DNA of 32,695 bases from positions 1-32,695 of the forward strand of contig JTLS01000089.1 in the NCBI GenBank assembly GCA_000826855.1, in the 5' to 3' direction. The DNA is from Basidioascus undulatus. Its lineage: Eukaryota. The position numbers and the translations under genes are program-made. How positions within the stretch are numbered: the stretch's first letter is position 1; every line of letters starts with the position of its first letter. This document shows positions 11,750 through 24,359 of this stretch, piece after piece. Under the pieces are notes generated by a model that had not been told where the DNA came from, made no database searches, and worked only from the letters and a program-made list of their open reading frames with translations.

Positions 11750-12684
11750 TTTCCTTTCCTATTCTCCACTCTATTGACCTTCGTGAGTCTTCCTTTCCGC
11801 TGTCCAATCATCACCACCCGCGTCGGTGCGCCAGCCGTCTATGTGATGAGCACCCGTGCCACCCCAGTCCGAGATTTCTGTCATGTGGATAAGCACTGCA
11901 ATGCCAAACTCATCTTATGCATCTCTGATCCCATTCGGCTAGCACCGACGCAATGCGCTCAGTCCATCATGTTCCAGAGCCGCAGTCGCTGACCTGCTTT
12001 CCCCGCTCGTTGAACAGCTTTACAGAAACGCGACTTCCCCCTCCGCCCTTCCAAACTTCGCCAACAGCTTTGTTCCCCAGCTATCGTGAGTTCCCGTCGA
12101 CGTGCTTGATCTGTCGTTGGGGTCTGCCGGAGGGGAAAGACGAAGAACTACATTCCATGCTAGTTCCGAACATGTGCCATGCACATTGAGGATAAACATT
12201 GTATTCATTTTTGCTATCCGACCCCTCTTTCCGAGCGCCTGTGTTTGTGTGGAGTGGCGCCGTGAACATGGTCTGGAGTTGGAGCAGACAAGCTGACCTT
12301 TCCGTCTCCATGAACAGGTTGCGTATGTTGTGCTCGACCACTTGTCTCCCTGTGCTCATTTATTATCCCTTCCATCTTCGTTGCTTGCCTCGTGTCCGCG
12401 TGTGCCATCGTCAGCTTCGTCAGATGATTCAGCTACGAGAGACAGTAGCGCTCTTAGCGACACACGCAACCTAGAGAAGGTTAGACCCACGAAGTACGAC
12501 CTTGGACTTTGCCGCGGCTTGCTCAACGCGGCACTCCGTTGTCTGGTCAGGTCTTGCCTCGTCAAGTAGCATACAGTCGAAGCACACCTCCACTTCGCCC
12601 AATCCAAGCGAAGTAAACGTGTAGAAATACAAGAAATACAAGCATGCATGGTGTCCGAAGTCCAAGCGTCCGCGCAATCCATCC

Positions 12685-15600
12685 TCAGGAAGCCTTCTTC
12701 CGCCGTCCGCCCTTCTTCGTCGTCGTCGTCGTCTCCGCAGCCTTTCCGCGAGCCTTCTTCGCCGGCGGGGCGGCGGGAGGCTCGTCGTCGTCGTCGAGAA
12801 CGACCACCTCCGGGCCCTTCGTCGTCGTAGTCGACGCGGTCGAAGCCGACCCCACCGACGCCTTGCGCTTGGTCCCGCGCCTCGTCGACGTCGTCGACGT
12901 GCTCTCGGGGACCGACGGCGTAGGCTGCGAGGGGGAGACGACCGAGAGCGCGCTGGGCGACGCAGCGGATGCGACGCCCGGTGTACGGCTGCGCGGGGCG
13001 GGCGTGGTATGCCGGGACTTTGTCGAGCTGCGCTCGTCGTCGTCCTGCGCCTCGAGCACGAGGCCTCGGCGGAAGTGTCGCGCGTAGACGGGGTCGCCCC
13101 CGAGGTCGTCGCCGTACGTACGCTCTGAGTCGAGCCGGTGCGGGTCGCCGAGCTCGAACTCGCGCTCGCCCGCGCTCGCCTGCGACGGCGAGGGAAGGCG
13201 GTCACGCGTGCGCCGGGAGCCGAGCACGGCGAGCGAGATGGGCCCGGTGTTCGGTACTGCGTCCGTTGAGAGGGTGGGATGAATACCCGGCGGTATGGTT
13301 GGTGCGGCGCTGTCAAACCACTCCCAGTTCCGGGCTTGAGCCTTGCGCCCGCGCAGGCCGTGGCCGGGCGTGAGGATGAGGTTCTGCACAACGCCGTCCG
13401 GCTGCGTGGGCGGGAGAAAGCGGGAGAGTCGGGTTCTTCGAGAGTTGGGGGACGAGATGGGACGGTCGTGTGACGGTGATGAGGAAGAGAGGGAAGCGAG
13501 GACGCCTTGGATGACGTTGTTGGCGCTTGCTCGAGCGTCGGGATTGAGCTCTGTCTTACCATCAGCCGCTAATTCGACGATGCATCGCGAGGGTTCAAGC
13601 TCACCTGCTAGGAGAGAAGAAGCGGTATCTAAGAGCAGGTTGAAGAAGGCCTCGTCCGCGTCGTCGTCGAGCATCTATTTGTGATGGGGATGTCAGCAGA
13701 CAGCGCCATGAGAGAAAGAGAGACGAACGTGCTTCGGCTGCGCGCATGATATGACAGAGAACATTGCTGGCGCGCTCCTTGAGGCTAGCTGACAAGCTCG
13801 TGCTGCAGCGCAGGACAAGGTGGAGCAGGCGGGCGAGGACGACTGCGAGCGGGCGGAGGAGCAGCGGGGCGGCCTCGTCGGGCTCCATGCCGTCCTCCTC
13901 GGCCGAGCCGGGCAGCAGGCGCGGGTAGACGAGCGCAAAGCACTTGGCGAGCGCGCCGAGGTACCGCTGAACGATGTCGTCGCGGAGCGGCGGGAGCGCC
14001 TGGAGAGGCCGTCGCGGCTGGAGAAGGACGTTGGCCATGATGTTGAGTTTGCCGTCAAGGTCGGGCACGGCCTCCTGCGCTTGTTCGCTCTCGAGTGACA
14101 GGCTCGACAGGTTCGCGAGCGCTTCGGAGATGCCATCCATGCCGAGGTTGGCAAACTGAGGGGGAGGAGGGTATTCAGCACGGGACCGGTTAGATAGAAA
14201 TGGTTCGAGATCACCTCTTCGGCTGCGACGCCGGTCATGCCCCGCAAGATGTCCGCGACGAGGTCGGCTTCGGGACTCGACAGAAGCGGGTAGAGGTGCT
14301 GCTTGGCCAGCGTGGGCACGCCCGCGCCCGGCGACTGCGGCCCGTTCGGCGTGTTCGACGTCGGCCCAAGGTGGTTCAGGAGCAGACGGAGTGCAACGCG
14401 CAGACGAGAGAAACGCCACGGGTCTGGGTGACCCAAGATCGACTGCCACTCGCCGTCTGGGTCGGCGCTCTTAGCGTCTGGATGTCATAAGAAGAGAATG
14501 AGCTCCGCGAGCACCAAGCGAAGGGGGAATGATCAACAAACCTGGCGAGGTCTCGTCGCTCAGTATCATCCGCAGCGTCTCCACTTCGCGCTGCTTGACG
14601 CCTGGCCGCAGTTCGCTCTCGCCGAGGCGATCTTGCAGGACGATGTCATGCACCGCGTCGATGTCCTGACAGCAAGCGGCGCAGAACGCCCGTTGCGCTC
14701 CGAGGGAACGCCGTAGAGCTTCGGACGACGCGGCTGTTCGCTCGCCCGCGGCGGCGTACTCCTCGTGCACGGTGAGCAGCGGGAGCGCGTGGGCGAGGCG
14801 GAGGACTTCGGCGGACCGGTAGACGCGCGTGCGGCGGGTTTCGAGGTGTTGGACTTCGGGGAGGGTCAAGCGGGGGAGGGTGTCGCTGTCGGGGATGGAG
14901 ATGGCGGCAGCGGCGGCGGCTTCCGGGGCGAGGAGGTTTAGGAGGAGGATGTTGAGGTGTGCGACGGTGAGGGAGCAGGAGGAGGACTCGTCGAAGTGCG
15001 GGGTGGCGAGCGAGACGGCGGAGCGCTGGAGGACGGGGAGGTAGAGGTGGTCGAGGATCTGCATCGTTGCGACGCAGCGGAGGACGACGAGCTGACGGAG
15101 GAGCATGACGAGGAGCGGTGCCGCGGGCCCCGCGAACGCACTCGAGAAGTCGCCGAGCTTGGCGTGGTCCGCGAGCCAGCGCACGAGCTGCGCCTCGAGC
15201 CCGTCCGGGATGTGGCTGTTCACCTCCGCGAGGAAGCGCGCATACTTGTACACGCATGCCTGCTGGTTCGTGAGCGGGATGCTAGCCGCCGCGACGTTTC
15301 GCAACGCCTCGACGGTGCTGCTCCACGCGGTGAGCCCCCAGTCGGGGAAGGACGAGTGCTTGTACCACAGCGTCGTGGCAAGGGCCTGCGGGGCGGCCGG
15401 GCTGGGATCCGTCGCGAGTCGAAGGACTTCGGGTACGACGGCGGGTGGTTGGGTTGGAGGATTAGAGAGGCGGAGAGACTGTCGATATGGAAATCAGCTT
15501 GCTGCAGCACAGCCGCATCGCTCGAATGAAAGACGAACCTTGTCGAGCGCGATCAAGGATTCGTCGAGCTGAGCAGACAGCTCGTCCGAAAGGTGGCCGA

Positions 15601-18573
15601 GCTCGCGCGCGGTGACGAGGAAGAGGAGGAGCGGGCGGAGCTGCGAGCCGCCGCTGCGGAGCGCGTGATGCTTGCTCGACACGGCGTCGATCAGCTGCCC
15701 GAGCGTGTCCATCGCGACCCACACGTCCCAGTGCCGCCGCGCCGTCTCCATGATGAGGAAGAGGAGGACCTTGTCCGTTGTCCGCGCGAGAAAGAAGAGG
15801 ATGAGCTGCGTAAGGCGGAGACGTAATACGGATGAGTTGCCAGACAGAATTGAAGCAGGAAGAGAAGGGAACGGAATACACACCTCGCGCATCGCGGAAT
15901 AATCTTTGATTAGCTCCAGCACGGCCACGACAATCGCGAGTTCCTCTGTTTCAAGCGGTACGCTGCGGGGCGATGCGCGATGCTTCAGCCCGCGCCCAGT
16001 CTTCCCGACACGCTGAACGTCCACGCACCCAGAATCCTCCACAAGCTCATATACAGCCGAAAGCAAGAAAGTCCGGACAACGCGACTCGAGTCGAAGAGG
16101 GGTGCGCTCGCAGTGCGCTTGAAGGACTGCGCCACCCCGGCCGGGTCGAGCGGTACGGACTCCTCTGCTGAGCGCACGTCAGTACTAGATTGACGGGGCG
16201 GGATTGCAGGGACGCTCAACTCACTCGACCGGTCAAAGATCCTCGGCAGCGCGCGGCGCAACTCGCGCCGGATCGCCGCGTCGCCCGACGTCGACTGCGT
16301 TCCCGAGACGCGCACGCCGTAGAGGACGACGCGGCGCTGGTTGACAAGCGAGGGAGGGGCGGTGAAGAGCGGGGTGTTGCGGAGGATCCGGAAATGGACC
16401 GAGGGCTGCCGCAGATATCCCATGCAATGTCAGCCTCCAGCCGTTCCCTCTAAGCGGGGTGGGTTTGAAAAGCTCACCCGACCCGGTTCCTCGCTCTCCC
16501 CGCGCGCCATAAGCCGCTGCAAATACCACCCATACGAGAACAATCCTTTTCGGACAAGCTCGCCCATGAGCTGGGCGAGCGCGCGTGCGTTCGCCTCGTC
16601 TCGGACGACGTCCGCCCTGTCGAGCCAGGCGAACACGTCCTGCTGGACCTGGGCGGGGGCACGCCCGGGCTCCGCGCGCCGCCACCAGTCGAGGAGGGAC
16701 GCGGCCGCGTACGCGCGGTGCGCGCCGGACCGCGAGGGCGTGACGGCCCAGACGAGGAGCGTGCCGAGCTTGGCGGGGAAGAGGCGGACGGAGGGCGAGG
16801 CGGAGAAGTAGGTCGAGGCGACGTCGGAGATGTGCGAGGTGTGCGTGATGCTGTCCAGAATCTGCGGATCCGAGCATCATCATCAGCTTTAATGATCCGA
16901 GGTTGGAAGAATGAAGGCGATGCGGACCTCGATATCCCGCATCTCCCGTTTCCGAGGACTGCCGTCCCGCTTGCACGGCGTGCCGAACACGAGCGCCTCG
17001 TTGCGCATGCGGACGTCGTCGAACCGCGCACGCAGGGCCTGGACGAGCTGGTCCGTGCGCGGCTCGCCCGCAAGGCCGAGGTGCGGCGTGTCGTGCAAGA
17101 TGGCGGTGAGGAGGGTGCAGTGGGGTAGCCAGAGCTTCGGGGAGACGAAGGAGTCCGGTGCAGCGAGGAAGGCGGTCTTGGGGAGCCCATGTCAGTTAAG
17201 CATCTTTTGGGATTGCGGAGCTGTGAAAGCGAGAAAAGGACACACTTGCAGAATGCGCACGAGCGTCGAGTCCAGCCGCGCGATGTGCTCAGCTCCCGCC
17301 GCCCCCCGCGCCTCTTTCAGCCGCCCAGCACACGCCCGCACGAGCCCGCTGCACAGCTCCTCGCAGCCGAAGAAGCTCTCGAGCGTGTCCTCCACGACGA
17401 ACAGGACGAACTCGAGCCGCGCAAGGTTGACGGACGCGACTTGGTCGAGCGCCCAGCGTAGGAGCGTCGGGCGGTCGACGAGACCTTGGGAGACGAAGGC
17501 TCGGAGGAGATCGAGGCTGCGCGATGAGGTGGTTGAGAATCCGATCAAGGGGCGTGATGGCGGGAAGAGACGCACAAGTAGGCGAAACGAGTGACCCAAA
17601 GCGCAAGGTCTGCCGGGCTCGGCTTGGGAGGCGCTTTAGGGGCTGAAGTTGGGGAAGGGACGGGGAGCTCGGAGAGTTGCTTGGTGAGCTGCTCGGCAAC
17701 AGCCTTCGTCCAGTCGACGGTATATTGTTGCGGGAAGTTTTGGCGATGTCGGGTAGCGGCCTGTTCCATTGATCTCGATTAGCCGTCCGACCGAAAGCGC
17801 CTCCTCCTAGCGCTGCAGCCTGACCCATCCTTGTTCGACCGCATTGTCTCATAGAAAACGACTCACAATCTCGTTCCCTCCCAGCGCTCTCACAAACCAC
17901 ACCGCCCTCTCCACCTCCACGCGCCCAGTCCAAAGCATCTCGAGCGCCTCGGCGCCCTTGAACCCGTGCGGTATTCGCGCGCTGAGCTTGCTCAGCGGGA
18001 CGCTCGAGTCCGCGAGGTCGCGGATGTACGCTTGGCGCTTGGCGTCGTTGAGCGTCACGCGCGCTGGGAGCGGGTGGAAATGCGCGGCGATGGAGGGGAC
18101 GATTGCTTCGCGGCGGGCGAGGACGGCAGTGAAGAGGGAGGAGAGGTGGTCGAGGACGGACTCGTTGTTGATGCGGTTGATAATGAGGCCATGCGCAGAG
18201 AAAGACTCGTTCTGCGGACCCCCGCCATAGCATTGTGAGACTGGGATAGCCCCGAGCTGGGCAAGAAGGCAGCGGGGCTCACAGAGGCGATAGGCTTCGC
18301 GTTGAAGCCGTTCTTTACGACGTTTTCAGACAAAATGTCCTCCTTCTGGCCCGCGCGTGGCGGGAAGAAGTCCGGGTATCCTGCACCGCCCATCGCAGCG
18401 TCAGTCCATCCATCAGCCCAAGCCTCCCCATCGCCTTCCCCACCCGGCGCACCTTGGGTCGCCGCTGAGCTGTGCAGCGGTGGGCGCCAGGCGGGTGGCG
18501 CTATGTCGTACGGCTGGGGGCAGGCGGACTCGGGCGTCGCCGAGGCTGCCACCTTGGCTGCCTTTGGAGCCAT
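12685..18573 (-). CDS. MED12: Mediator kinase-module subunit 12 (Med12/Srb8), multi-exon
   Basis: PYDIAPPAWRP, GYPDFFPPRAGQKEDILSENVVKNGF, NESFSAH, LPARVTLNDAKRQAYIRDLADSSVPLSKLSARIPHGFKGAEALEMLW...VERAVWFVRALGGNEI (Med12 N-terminal domain), GELVRKGLFSYGWYLQRLMARGE; basic low-complexity tail ending KKAS*. Start codon choice (18573) is uncertain. Confidence 0.93.
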
Positions 18574-19514
18574 GAACGATGGCGGGGGCGGGTATGCGGG
18601 CGCTGAGCGAGAGGTGTACGAGAGATGGTGCTGCACGCGGCACCGCGAGCCAGAGGAACTGTCCGGTCACGTGCAAGCTGTCTGTCAAGCCACTTGACGG
18701 CCACCTTTCAACACCACCTAAGTCTGTTTCATGGAAATCCGACTTGAAATATCTCTTGAGTTGACAAATGTGACCACCAATACTTGTTCTAGATCCCTAC
18801 CAACGGTCGACATCAGCAGACCGCAGCGCTCCCAGCCTCTGTGGTCAGCCTGCCGCCCTCCTACTGTCACAGCAGCAAGCGATGCCAGAGGTAATTTTGT
18901 GGCGGACCCAATTTACAAAGGAAAACTAATGTGCACGAATCCCGCTGTATGAATGGGGGACGTCGTGAGCCGGGGCTCGAAGCGAACCCACATCAAGCAA
19001 TGTTGAGATTGCCCGTTCAGCTTCGCCTAGCACACGCCCGCATGAGCTTGTGGTGAACCCTGGCCATCGAGGTCAATAGGGGTCCAATAGACCTTGAAAT
19101 GTCTTGCAATAATACTCAAAGAGCGAGGCGCCCGGAGACCTCGTCTTCCTTACCTACCACAGGCCGACCAACACTGCGGGCGAGAGTCCATGGCGAAGCT
19201 GACTCGCTCGTTCTTCCTGGAGAGAAGCACACCCTTTGCCATATTTGTCTCAATCTCGAGGGAAGTATTGGAGGTTCCTGTGCACATGAAGGAGGCAATG
19301 TGCATGCAGTGTTAGCCGGCACAGGCGAGGCGACACAGTCGAGTCAGGTGCCCATCACCAGATAAGATGCCCGGTATTGAGCTCTGAATCTTGCTTGCAT
19401 CATGGTTGAGAATTCGAAGCAGCGCAGAAGTTGAAAATATCCTCGGTCACTGTAGCGGGTTCGAACGGACGAGGAGTTGGGAATCTATGCACAATTGTAC
19501 AGCGTCTCCCCGTC

Positions 19515-22208
19515 TTAGACCCACTTCAGCCCCGCATCCCGACGCCGCTTCGCCTCGACCATGTACTCGAGGTCCTGTGGGACGGGCAGGTCGAGCTGTT
19601 TGCGGAGGTCGAACTTGGAATGCGAGGGGAGGCCCATGTCGTTGAGGAGCAGCTCGATGTCTAGCAAGTTTGGACGCTCAGTACCCTTGGCAAACGAGAT
19701 GCTTGGGGATCTGTCACTCACATCTCGGCCCCTGAGAAACCAGCAGAAAACCCGGGCGTCCTAGGTCCCCGATCTGGGCCCACGTCCACGCCCACCGCGC
19801 GGCCGTCTCGCGCCGCATGAGCTCCCGCGGCGGGAGGGTCGCGAGGATGGTGTTGTCGACCGACTTGCCCCACTGGGAGCTCGCGAAGGGCGTGAAGAGC
19901 TTGTGCGGGTAGGGGACGAGGAAGGAACCCTCTGGTGAAATATTGGAGATTCGAAGTCGGGATGAGTGTGTAATGTGACGCGCGAAGGAGGAGGGACGCA
20001 CTGAAGTAGTCGGCGATCCACTCGGCTTGGATTTGGATGTGCAGCGTGTTGGTGATGGTGATGACCATGCCCTATCCTTTTAAAGTCAGAAGAACATCTT
20101 CAAACCATCCTGCAGTTCGACGTACGCATAAAGCAATGTCCCTATCGTGCACCCTATCAATTGGGCACGGTCCCCCTAAACAACCGATTCGGGCTCGGCT
20201 TCGGGCCATTCTTGCTGTACTGCGGGCTAGTCCTGAACGGCCCGGGTGTGCATGTGCAGGTGAGCCATCTCGGCGGCGTCGAGGCTCGCGTAGCGGGCCT
20301 CGCGCTTCTGGAAGTCGAGGAGGTCGAGCGTGTCGGGCAGGATGAGATCGAGCTCCGATGCGCGCTGGGTCTTGATGAAGGGGTAGGTTGCGGTCAGGGT
20401 GAATCGGCGGGAATGAACAGCGCAAAGGACATTCAGCTCAATGCAGGACAGACTGGGCCCGAGAAGACAGCGCGCACCCGGTTCCGCAGACGCTTTGCAG
20501 ATGGTGACGGTGATTTGTGGTCAGTATCGAATGGAGAGCATCAAACGGGAGTACCACTCACCGTATCGGCCACGATCTTGCGCACCGGGCCCGTCGTATT
20601 GCTGACCTCGAGCTCGTAATACGCGCCGTCCGTGACGCCGTTGCGCATGAGGTCGACCTTCGCGAGGCCGCCGGCGGTGCCACTGATTCCAACAGATCTA
20701 TCAGCACAGCAGTCCCATTTAAACGGAAGGAAATCATCCCTCACTGTTGCACCTCGATCTTCCCCTGCTGAATCAGATCGCGGAGCTCCAGCTAGAACTG
20801 CGGGCGCGAGCGGTCGCCGAGGTGCCAGAAGCGGCCGAACATGAACGTGGCGAGGAACCAGACGAAATTGGCGATGATGTAACCAATGAACGTGTTGTTC
20901 TTTACGAAGCAAAACGAGAAAGCTTCAGACTCCGTTGCGTTTTCTCTCGGTGGCACGACGTACAAGGAACTCGCGAAAGAGCGTGTTGTTGCCTGAAGGA
21001 GGTTCAGCTTTGAGCTTGGAATTTCTGCACGGAATTTGACCTACTTGGACACCGGATCCAGTTGGAAGGGAATGAAGCGTGTTCCCAGGCCTGTACAGCC
21101 CCGTTTCTTCAGCCTTTACACGCAGCACCAGAGCGTTGGAACGGCTCACCTTCCCAGAAGAGGTGTCGACCCAGAATGGTGGCCCAGCGCTTTCCTAATT
21201 TCCCGTCGGGCTCACTGTCTGGAACGAGGTAGTGGCAGGTCCGTTGCAGGAGGACGACCTTGCGCCCGGCCTTCGCGAGGTGGACCGCGAAATCCGTGCC
21301 GCTCGGGTGGCTGCCAACGACAACGGCCCTGCCTGGACTTTTATTCCGCTTTGAAGTTAGCTTCAAGATTTACACTGCATTGAACATTTAACATACCTCA
21401 GATCACCAGGTCCCTTGAGGGTTTTGACGGCGGAGAAGTGCGCGTGGTCTTTGAAGGAGGTAGCGTGAACGACGCGGGCCGAGGGAGAGTCCGACGCGAG
21501 CAACTGAGCGAAGGGCGGAATGTTCTGAAGACCTCATTGAAGGTTTAGTAAGTAACACAACCTGACTGGTTCTGGTTGCATCGTACGCACCGGCTTCGAG
21601 AAAATACCCTGAGCCACAACGACCTTGTCGAAGTCTTCCATCATCACAGCCTCATCGACGCGCTTACGGCTTTGGACGACCTATCCGCCGCCCTGCCGCC
21701 GAGAAAGGTCGATAACTTCGGTGTTGAGGCGCGCGCGGCTCCGGACCCCCTACTGCTCAATCACGGCCTCGATCTCCTGGAGGATGCTTGTCGCTGGAAG
21801 GTGGCCGCCCACCCGAAGCCGGTCGGAGGTGTACGGCGGTCGCCCCGCCCATGAATCCGTAGGTACGGCCAGGCGTGCTGCGAACAATACCGATCACATC
21901 AGTCTTTGAAGGGTACGAAACATTTAAACGGTGAAAGGAGAAATCATGCTGCGTACTTGTTTGCGAGACCTTCGTATGCCTGACATGTCGACCACACGCC
22001 TGGATAGGACAGCACACCCTTTAGCCATCCATCCACAAGATCTCTGGAAGGTTGGTTGGAACTTGCCTCCAAGGTCTGAATTGGGCTCAAAGATTGTAAT
22101 TCGGCTCGGGCTGAAGCCAGCATTGACGAGAGAGACAAAGGAAGAGAATCGGGCCACGCCCGACCCAATAGTGGCGATGCGAGTTGAAGTTACCGAGCCC
22201 TCGTTCAT
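19515..22208 (-). pseudogene. Flavin-binding monooxygenase (class B FMO-like) pseudogene
   Basis: IATIGSGVAR...ITIFEPNSDLGG|VWS (FAD motif with last Gly replaced by Arg), RVVHATSFK, VVVVGSHPSGTDFAVHLAKAGRKVVLLQR (NADPH motif), ADT..VCGTG, RLFRGTVP, QIQAEWIADYF. Lesions: in-frame TAG at 20227-20229, a frameshift near 20200, an acceptor reading CCG instead of CAG at 20405-20407. Confidence 0.82.
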
Positions 22209-22706
22209 TGCCGTGTAGTGGAACGGAACTTGAGAGGGGTTCTGCTCGAAGCAGCAAGAGTTGGCACACAAAAGTCTGAAAAAGTACTGCTGCGTGAAGC
22301 CGCCAGAAGTCGGTTTAAGTGCCTGGCGTGCTCAGCATTGCGTGCTTCGCCTCGAGCATTGCGAGCAAGCCAGGCATTGTCGCCGGTGTAGCCCGCGGAG
22401 AAATGGCCGAATTAGCCGGTATTCAGCTTTTCAGGAGAGCTCGCGTGTCAATCCCGCCATCGGGCGGTGGTTCCTGACGGGCAAGCTTGGAAGTTCTGCT
22501 CCAACAAGATGGGTCCCGATTGGAGGAGCGGAGACGCCACGGCCAACCAACGCCAACGCACCAACTCGCCCGTCGGCACCGTCTTTGCCATCCGCAGTGT
22601 GTCTGGCGTCATTGTACCGTCGGAAAGCTTTCCAGGTCCAGGAAAATGCGAAGTCGTCCTTCGGCGTATGTTCCCTGTTTCACGCTGCAGCCGCTACCTG
22701 GTCATC

Positions 22707-23990
22707 ATGGTGAATAACGAGAAGAGCTCGACTCCTCCGTCGAAGGATGCCACCATTTCGACCGTTGGACATCCGCATGGGCAGGTTGAGTCGCTCCATA
22801 ACAACTCCGTATCGATTCGACGCCTCAAATAGACACCAGGCGAGTACCGGTCCTGGTCTTCTTTCTTCTGGTTGCGACCCCTGCCTGGAGATCCTGACTT
22901 ACCGCTCTTTTTCCAACCTTTGCAAGTCTCATCGTTCTCTTCGCTTTAAGCTTTTTGGACCGCAACAACTTGGGCAATGCAAAGATCGAAGGTCTCCAAA
23001 GGTACGTCAAGGTGTAAACTTGCTGGTCGACCCAGTTGGTTCTCAACGTCCGCCTCTTGCAGTGACCTGCACTTGAAGGGTCTTCAATTTAACTACACTC
23101 TGGCTCTCTATAGCCTAGCCTATGTAGTATTCGAAGTGCCGGGTGAGCATAGTTCCCTTTGCCGCAAAATTCTTGGCGCCTAGGACTGACAGGGTCAATT
23201 GATACAGCCAACATGGCGTGAGTGCGACTATGGCATACAAACACGAAGTAATTGACTTATGCAAATTCCCCAAATAGACTCAAACTTACCTCTCCTCGTG
23301 CCTGGCTTTCCGCGCTGGCGGTCGTACGTGTTTGAACTTGCTTGCTACACCTCTCCGCCTGCTGACCTTGTGTGTTTCAGACATGGGGAGTGGTGGCGAT
23401 ATGTCAAGGATTCGTAACCAATGCCGCGTAGATCAAACAAGACCTGTGGCACGATGGGCTGCTCTGACAATCGGGCATTTTTCCGCTTCGCAGTGAGCTA
23501 TACGCCATCCGATTCTTCCTCGCGGTGACAGAATCCGGTATCGTCCCGGCTGTTACGTACATCTTCAGTGCGTAACGCACTTGTGTTCAGATCTTCATGT
23601 CAAGCTGACCCGCCTGTTTCAGGCATGTACTATGTCAGGAAAGCGCGGGTAGGTTGGCATCCAACCATTTATTGACAACGAATTCGCAGATCTTTCGCGT
23701 CGCCATTTTCTTCGCAGCGCCGGCGCTTGTCGGATCGGCTTGGGGAATCCTGGCTTATCTGCTCGCAAAAATGGAGGGAGTAAACGGGCGACCGGGATGG
23801 GCTTGGATCTTCGTACGTTCGCTTCGTGTTCGCAGTCTACCGCCACGAGTTCACTTAGTCTTGTCGCAGATCATCGAGGGTTGCATTACCATCGCAGCCG
23901 GCTTGGTTGCCTACTTAATTGTAAGTTGAATTGGATGAAATCGCTGTCCTGCGAGCTTCCCTGATGCTCTTGTCCAGATGCCCATACCAT
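22707..23990 (+). pseudogene. MFS anion:cation symporter (ACS; Tna1/Dal5-like) pseudogene, N-terminal half (about TM1-6)
   Basis: RNNLGNAKIEGL, QFNYTLALYSLAYVVFEVP|AN, WGVVAICQGFV, LYAIRFFLAVTESGIVP, RVAIFF, GILAYLLAKMEGVNGRPGWAWIF|IIEGCITI. Early stop at 22830-22832 from a frameshift; similarity breaks off near 23990. Confidence 0.85.
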
Positions 23991-24359
23991 CCGCGCGCCA
24001 AAATCATATTTATTTTGTTTTTCGCCAGTTCAATAGAGCTTGGCTGGGGTAGTGGTAACCTGGGTCGTTGCCACCTGATTTCGACCCGCCCCGTGTTCGA
24101 TTCACGGGTCAAGCACATGTTTTTGTATTCGTCCCCCAGTGAGATTGTTGATGGATAAATCCTTACTTCAGAGGCATAAATAAAAGTAAGTAGGGCAATC
24201 TAATATTGACAAGTCACCGCAAACAGTGTCGTGCAAAATCATGCATGTAAGCACGCGTCTTCCGTGCGTGCAATGGCGGTTGAGCCGGTGGTCGGGCGTG
24301 CACAACCAAGTGAACTTCTGGTATTTGTTGAGACAGTGGGCAAAAGGTTTGAGGCCACC

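Noticed and set aside
11780..12570. Possible small spliced gene after a pyrimidine-rich tract
   Set aside because: Isolated donor-like sites, but no coherent reading frame could be built.
12471..18700. Many long plus-strand and alternate-frame ORFs overlapping MED12 (similar shadows over PAM17, the transporters and CEF1)
   Set aside because: Expected shadow ORFs of GC-rich coding DNA; Arg/Pro/Ser-rich with no motifs.
18900..19500. Short ORFs between the MED12 promoter and the FMO pseudogene end
   Set aside because: No recognisable similarity; treated as intergenic or unidentifiable debris.
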